From an uncultured Gemmatimonadales bacterium (GTDB taxonomy: Bacteria; Gemmatimonadota; Gemmatimonadetes; Gemmatimonadales; GWC2-71-9), in contig CAVYSW010000003.1 in assembly GCA_963771275.1 (NCBI GenBank), forward strand, positions 64,001 through 128,000: a stretch of 64,000 nucleotides of DNA, given 5' to 3'. The position numbers were made by a program, and so were the translations under genes. The notes below the pieces were generated by a model. That model saw nothing but the letters and a program-made list of their open reading frames with translations, was not told the origin of the DNA and ran no database searches. Shown here piece after piece: positions 59,229-64,000 of this stretch (position 1 is its first letter; each line of letters begins with the position of its first letter).

Positions 59229-60878
59229 CTAACGGCTCGTCCCCATCATCGCATCCCGCGCCGCCTTGAATTCGGTGCCGGGACGCCAGTTCGGGAACGT
59301 GCGCGACATCGCCAGGTTGTAGCCCACGTCGAACAGCAGTTGGAGATCCTCCACCATGCCGCTCAGGTCCCAGGTGGGATCGTACTCGTCCGACGGCTGG
59401 TGGTACTTCTGCTCGCGGTACTCCGCCTCCCGGTCGCGCGTCCACTGCTCGCCGTGCTCCACGTTGTCGACCCCCGAGCCCGGATCGAGCGCCGGAACGC
59501 CGGCCTTGGCGAACGGGAAGTGGTCGGACCGGTAGTAGTAGCCCTTCTCGGGCTCCGGGTCCGGTCGCACGACCCGCCCCTGTCGCTGGGCCGCGGCCGT
59601 CACGTAGTCGTCCAGCTCGGAATACCCCAGCCCGACGACCGTGATGTCCTTCATCCGGCCGAGCACGTCCATCGCGTCCATGTTGATGACGCCCGCGGTC
59701 TTGTTGAGCGGCACCACCGGGTGGGTCGCGTAGTAGGTCGAGCCGAGCAGCCCCTGCTCTTCCCCGGTCAGCGCCACGAACAGCACCGAGCGGTCCGGCG
59801 GGCTGCTCAGCGCCTTGAATGCCTTGGCGATCTCGAGCAGGCCGGCCACCCCGGTCGCGTTGTCCACGGCGCCGTTGAAGATCTGGTCGCCCTGGCGGTT
59901 GGGGTCGGTGCCGAAGTGATCCCAGTGCCCCGTGTAGAGCACGTACTCGTCGGCGTGCGCCCCGCCCGGCAGCTTCGCCACGAAGTTGCGCGAGGTGGAC
60001 CGGACGATCTCGTTCTTGAGCGTGAGCGACACGGTGACGCCGAGCGGCACGCCGCTGAAGCCCCGCACCACAGCCTTGGGTTTGAGCGAGTCGTACTCCT
60101 GGCCACCCATGCGGAACAGCGCGCGGGCGGTTTCGACGGTCACCCAGCCCTCGATCGCGCAGCGTGACATGTTGCCGTCTTCGGATGCGAGACTGAACTG
60201 CGGGCCGGACCAGCTGTTCCGCACTACGTCCCACGGGTACGCGGCGGGCTCGGTCTCGTGCACGATGAGCACGCCGTCCGCGCCCTGGCGCGCCGCTTCC
60301 TCGAACTTGTAGGTCCAGCGGCCGTAGTAGGTCATCGTGCGGCCGTGGAACAGCGTCGTGTCCTGCGTCGCGAAGCCCGGGTCGTTGACCAGCACGACGA
60401 CGGTCTTGCCCTTGACGTCGAGGCCCGCGTAGTCGTTCCACTGGTACTCGGGCGCCACGATCCCATAGCCTACGAACACCAGCTCGGAGTTCTTCAGCTC
60501 CACCGCGTCCACGACCCGTTTCGTGGAGGCCATGAAGTCGTCCGCGTAGCGGAACCGAGCGGTCGCGCCCTGGGCGCGGGCCGTGAGCTCGGCCGGTGTG
60601 GCGGTCGAGCGGACCATCGGCACGTCCTGGTACCAGCTCGAGCCGTTCCCCGGCTCAAGGCCGAGCGCGGCGAACCGGCTCTGCAGGTAGGCCATCGTGC
60701 GTTCTTCCCCGACCGACGACGGGGCGCGGCCCGCGAGCGAATCGGCCGCGAGCACGGCGACGTCCTGCTTGATGCCGTCCGCAGTGATGCTCTCGAGCGC
60801 AGCGCCCGGCACCGCCCCTTTCCCACACCCGAGCGCCAGCGCAGCCACCGCCAGCGCTCCCAAGTAACGACGGATCAT
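59229..60878 (-). CDS. M28 family metallopeptidase lipoprotein with PA domain
   Basis: Lipobox LGC, YYGRWTYKFEEA, GHWDH, GAVDNATG, GEEQGLLGS, RSDHF, YHQPSD. Confidence 0.93.
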   Translation of the reverse strand: MIRRYLGALAVAALALGCGKGAVPGAALESITADGIKQDVAVLAADSLAGRAPSSVGEERTMAYLQSRFAALGLEPGNGSSWYQDVPMVRSTATPAELTARAQGATARFRYADDFMASTKRVVDAVELKNSELVFVGYGIVAPEYQWNDYAGLDVKGKTVVVLVNDPGFATQDTTLFHGRTMTYYGRWTYKFEEAARQGADGVLIVHETEPAAYPWDVVRNSWSGPQFSLASEDGNMSRCAIEGWVTVETARALFRMGGQEYDSLKPKAVVRGFSGVPLGVTVSLTLKNEIVRSTSRNFVAKLPGGAHADEYVLYTGHWDHFGTDPNRQGDQIFNGAVDNATGVAGLLEIAKAFKALSSPPDRSVLFVALTGEEQGLLGSTYYATHPVVPLNKTAGVINMDAMDVLGRMKDITVVGLGYSELDDYVTAAAQRQGRVVRPDPEPEKGYYYRSDHFPFAKAGVPALDPGSGVDNVEHGEQWTRDREAEYREQKYHQPSDEYDPTWDLSGMVEDLQLLFDVGYNLAMSRTFPNWRPGTEFKAARDAMMGTSR

Positions 60879-61555
60879 TCTACGCCTCCCTGAGTGCACT
60901 CCGCATGCCCGAGCCGCGCGGCCCGGATCGAACGGGAGGAAAGATAGAGGTTTGGCGCGCGAGGCGCGCGCCGACGCCGCCCCAGCCGCATCACCAGCAG
61001 CGCCACCAGCACCAGCCCGAAGATCGCAGGCTCACGCACGTCCTTCTTCACGAGCCACAGGAAGTGCAGCACGCCGCCCGCCGCCGCGACGTACACCAGC
61101 TGGTGCAGCTTGACCCAGCGCTTCCCCAGCCGGCGAATCCACCCGTTGGTCGACGTGACCGCCAGCGGGATCAACAGGGCGAAGCTGGTGAACCCCACCG
61201 TGATCCAGCGCCGCTTGGCCACGTCCTCAAGGATGAAGCGCCAGGCAAAGAACTGGTCAATCACGAGGTAGTTCAGGAAATGCAGGCTGGCATACGTGAA
61301 CGCGAACAGCCCGAGCATCCGCCGGTAGCGGCCGATCCCGTTCCAGCCGGTGAACCGCCGCACCGGGGTGACGGCGAGCGTGATCAGCAGCAACGTGAGG
61401 GTCCACCAGCCGGTCCGCAGCTGGATGGCCCGGATCGGATCCGCGCCGAGGTGGCCGCGCAGCGCGTCGATCCCGATCAGGGCGGCCGGCACGAGGCACA
61501 GCAGGAAGACGACCGGCTTGGGCGGCCGGCTGAGGAGCGTCCCGAGGCTGCCCAT
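60875..61555 (-). CDS. msrQ: protein-methionine-sulfoxide reductase heme subunit
   Basis: TG.W, RRMLGLFAF.YA.LH, LAVTS..W.KLH.LVY, LHFLW. Confidence 0.93.
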   Translation of the reverse strand: MGSLGTLLSRPPKPVVFLLCLVPAALIGIDALRGHLGADPIRAIQLRTGWWTLTLLLITLAVTPVRRFTGWNGIGRYRRMLGLFAFTYASLHFLNYLVIDQFFAWRFILEDVAKRRWITVGFTSFALLIPLAVTSTNGWIRRLGKRWVKLHQLVYVAAAGGVLHFLWLVKKDVREPAIFGLVLVALLVMRLGRRRRAPRAPNLYLSSRSIRAARLGHAECTQGGVE

Positions 61556-62493
61556 CAGAAATTCCGCCGGAGGTCCATTCCCGCGTAGAGCTGCGCCACC
61601 TGGTCGCCGTAGCCGTTGAACATCAGGGTGGGGCGCTTGCGGAACTCGCCGATCCGCCGCTCGCGCGCCTGGCTCCATCGCGGGTGGTCCACCTCGGGAT
61701 TGACGTTGGCATAGAAACCGTACTCGTTGGAGGCGGAGGCCTGCCACGTGTTGACGGGCTGCTCGCGCACCAGCCGGATCTTGACGATCGACTTGATACC
61801 TTTGAAGCCGTACTTCCACGGCACGACGAGCCGGATCGGCGCGCCGTTCTGCGGCAGCAGCATCTTGCCGTACAGCCCCACCGAGAGAATCGTGAGCGGG
61901 TGCATCGCCTCGTCGAGCCGCAGCCCCTCGACGTACGGCCAGTCCAGGACGTTGCGCCGCTGGCCGGGCATCTGCTGCGGGTCGTACAGCGTGGTGAACT
62001 CCACGAACCGCGCCGTCGAGCGGGGCTCCACCCGCTTGAGCAGATCGCCCAGCGGGAAGCCAAGCCACGGGATCACCATCGACCACGCCTCGACGCAGCG
62101 CATCCGGTAGACGCGCTCCTGGGGCGGGAACAGCCGGATCAGCTCGTCGACGTCGTAGTGGCCGGGCTTCGCCACCTCGCCCTCGATCGCCACGGTCCAC
62201 GGGCGAATCCGCAGCGCGCCGGCGTGGTGGGCGGGATCGGCCTTGTCGGTACCGAACTCGTAGTAGTTGTTGTAGGTCGTGACGTCGTCGTACGGGGTGA
62301 GCGGGTCGTTCGGCCCCGCCCCCGGCGTACCCTGGCCCTCCGCCCGGCGGGCGCAGGCCGCGAGCACAGACGGCACGGCGAGCCCGGCCACCGCGATGCC
62401 GGCCGCGCTGCGGATGAACTCCCGGCGGCTGCGATACAGCCGCTGGTCAGTGATGTCGCGACTCGGGACGTCGGGTGGGCGGCGAATCAGCAT
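61555..62493 (-). CDS. msrP: protein-methionine-sulfoxide reductase catalytic subunit
   Basis: Tat [46 protein letters not shown]. Confidence 0.96.
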   Translation of the reverse strand: MLIRRPPDVPSRDITDQRLYRSRREFIRSAAGIAVAGLAVPSVLAACARRAEGQGTPGAGPNDPLTPYDDVTTYNNYYEFGTDKADPAHHAGALRIRPWTVAIEGEVAKPGHYDVDELIRLFPPQERVYRMRCVEAWSMVIPWLGFPLGDLLKRVEPRSTARFVEFTTLYDPQQMPGQRRNVLDWPYVEGLRLDEAMHPLTILSVGLYGKMLLPQNGAPIRLVVPWKYGFKGIKSIVKIRLVREQPVNTWQASASNEYGFYANVNPEVDHPRWSQARERRIGEFRKRPTLMFNGYGDQVAQLYAGMDLRRNF

Positions 62494-62566
62494 GACGGTC
62501 TGTCGTCCTCGGGAACGATGTCAGCCGTGATAACCCGCACCGCCACCCGGAGGTTCCCGCACCGCC

Positions 62567-63736
62567 TCAGCGCGGCGCCCCCCTGAGGCGCGCGAGCCGG
62601 CGGACGGACTCCTCCAGCACGTCCGGCGTCTTGCAGAAGGCGAACCGCACCAGATGGCGGCCCAGCTCCGGCCGGCTGAAGAAGCTCGAGCCGGGCACCG
62701 GCGCCACGCCCACCTCGCGCGTAAGCCGCTCGGCAAACGCCACGTCGGACTCGCCGCTCAGCGCCGAGAAGTCGGCGAGCACGTAGTACGCCCCCTGCGG
62801 CGGCGCGCAGCGGAACCCGGCCGCCAGCAGGCCCGCGACCAGCAGGTCCCGCCTGGCCCGGTAGTCACGCGCCAGACCCTCATAGTACGCCGGCGGGAGC
62901 CGCTCGACGCCGACCGCCACGCCCTCCTGGAGCGGTGCCGGTGCCCCCACCGTGAGGAAATCGTGCACCTTGCGGATCGCGTCGGTGATCTCGGGTGGGG
63001 CGACGATCGTCCCGACCCGCCAGCCCGTGACCGAGAACGTCTTCGACGCGCCGCTCACCGTGATCGTGCGGTCGCGCATGCCGGGCAGCGTCGCGAGTGG
63101 CACGTGCCGGCCGTCGTACAGGATGTGCTCGTAGATCTCGTCGGTGAGCGCGAGCGCGTCGTGGCGCACGCACAGCTCGGCGATGGCGGCCAAGTCCGCC
63201 GGGGTGAATACGCGCCCGCTCGGGTTGTTCGGGGTGTTGAGAATGATGGCCCGCGTGCGCGCCGTGAACGCCTGCGCGATCGCCGCCAGATCGAGCGGGC
63301 CGTCCGCCGTGACCGGCACGAACACCGGCCGGGCGCCGCACAGGATCGCGTCGGGCCCGTAGTTCTCGTAGAACGGCTCGAGGATCACGACTTCGTCGCC
63401 CGGATTCACCGTCGCGAGCACGGCCGACGCCATGGCTTCCGTGGCCCCGCACGTGATCGTGATCTCCCGCTCCGGATCCACCGCCATGCCGTACCACGCC
63501 GCGTACTTGGCCGCGAGCGCGGCCCGGAGGCGCGCGCTGCCCCACGTGATCGCATACTGGTTGAGATCGGCGTGAATCGCGCGGGCCGCGGCCTCCTTCA
63601 CCAGCGCCGGCGCCGGGAAGTTCGGGAACCCCTGAGCCAGGTTGATGGCGTCGTGCTCGGCGGCGAGCCGGGTCATCGCGCGGATCACCGACTCGGTGAA
63701 CCCGTGGGTGCGCGCGGCGGTGAAGCGGTGCGGCAT
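62567..63736 (-). CDS. class I PLP-dependent aminotransferase
   Basis: INLAQGFP, GATEA, NTPNNPSG, DEIYEH, SKTFSVTGWRVG, RFAFCK. Confidence 0.92.
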   Translation of the reverse strand: MPHRFTAARTHGFTESVIRAMTRLAAEHDAINLAQGFPNFPAPALVKEAAARAIHADLNQYAITWGSARLRAALAAKYAAWYGMAVDPEREITITCGATEAMASAVLATVNPGDEVVILEPFYENYGPDAILCGARPVFVPVTADGPLDLAAIAQAFTARTRAIILNTPNNPSGRVFTPADLAAIAELCVRHDALALTDEIYEHILYDGRHVPLATLPGMRDRTITVSGASKTFSVTGWRVGTIVAPPEITDAIRKVHDFLTVGAPAPLQEGVAVGVERLPPAYYEGLARDYRARRDLLVAGLLAAGFRCAPPQGAYYVLADFSALSGESDVAFAERLTREVGVAPVPGSSFFSRPELGRHLVRFAFCKTPDVLEESVRRLARLRGAPR

Positions 63737-63802
63737 GATGGACTGGGACTCCGGATCGCGGGGACCGCTCAATATCGTCGGCGACCCCGGCCCCGTGAAG
63801 GG

Positions 63803-64000
63803 TCAGTCGCCGGCGGTGACGAGGGTGATCCGCACCGTCGTGCCGCCCTCGGGCGTGCTCTCCACGGCGATCCGCCCGCCCCACGACTCCACCAGCCGCC
63901 GGCAGATCGCGAGCCCGAGGCCGGTCCCGCTCGTGGTGGTCGAGAACTGCGGCTCGAAGATGCGGTGCAGGTGCTCCGCCGCGATCCCGCGCCCGTCGTC
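63803..64000 (-). CDS. histidine kinase C-terminus (partial, runs off the window)
   Basis: Own translation: DDGRGIAAEHLHRIFEPQFSTTTSGTGLGLAICRRLVESWGGRIAVES...*. Confidence 0.88.
   Translation of the reverse strand, partial: DDGRGIAAEHLHRIFEPQFSTTTSGTGLGLAICRRLVESWGGRIAVESTPEGGTTVRITLVTAGD

Overview
High-GC bacterial chromosomal window. Gene content and protein families suggest Gemmatimonadota (inference). It holds about 60 mostly housekeeping and envelope genes: a SigA-like sigma factor, sigma-54 two-component systems, larE, thpR, comM, degP, dut, an RND efflux operon, tatA, hpt, pckA, msrPQ, several glycoside hydrolases and several toxin-antitoxin modules. At least eight genes are broken by 1-2 nt indels, which looks like unpolished long-read error. 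The standout is a non-coding locus between pckA and a GH63 gene (about 53370-53645, minus strand). It contains an 84-nt class II tRNA with a tRNA-Leu body (A73, A15:U48, Leu-type variable arm, no G3:U70) but an alanine anticodon (CGC). Directly downstream is a near-consensus sigma-70 promoter for a predicted small RNA of about 75 nt. That RNA is complementary to the tRNA's anticodon arm (14 nt perfect) and D-arm (11 nt, one G:U). A further anti-anticodon copy lies upstream of the tRNA. The locus looks like an RNA-only 'mistranslating tRNA / anti-tRNA' module (hypothesis). Also notable: three sigma-54 promoters with shared enhancer and IHF-like sites next to a two-component system, a poly-C tract between -35 and -10 boxes, an RHH-MNT fusion antitoxin with its operator, and several families of intergenic heptamer repeats.
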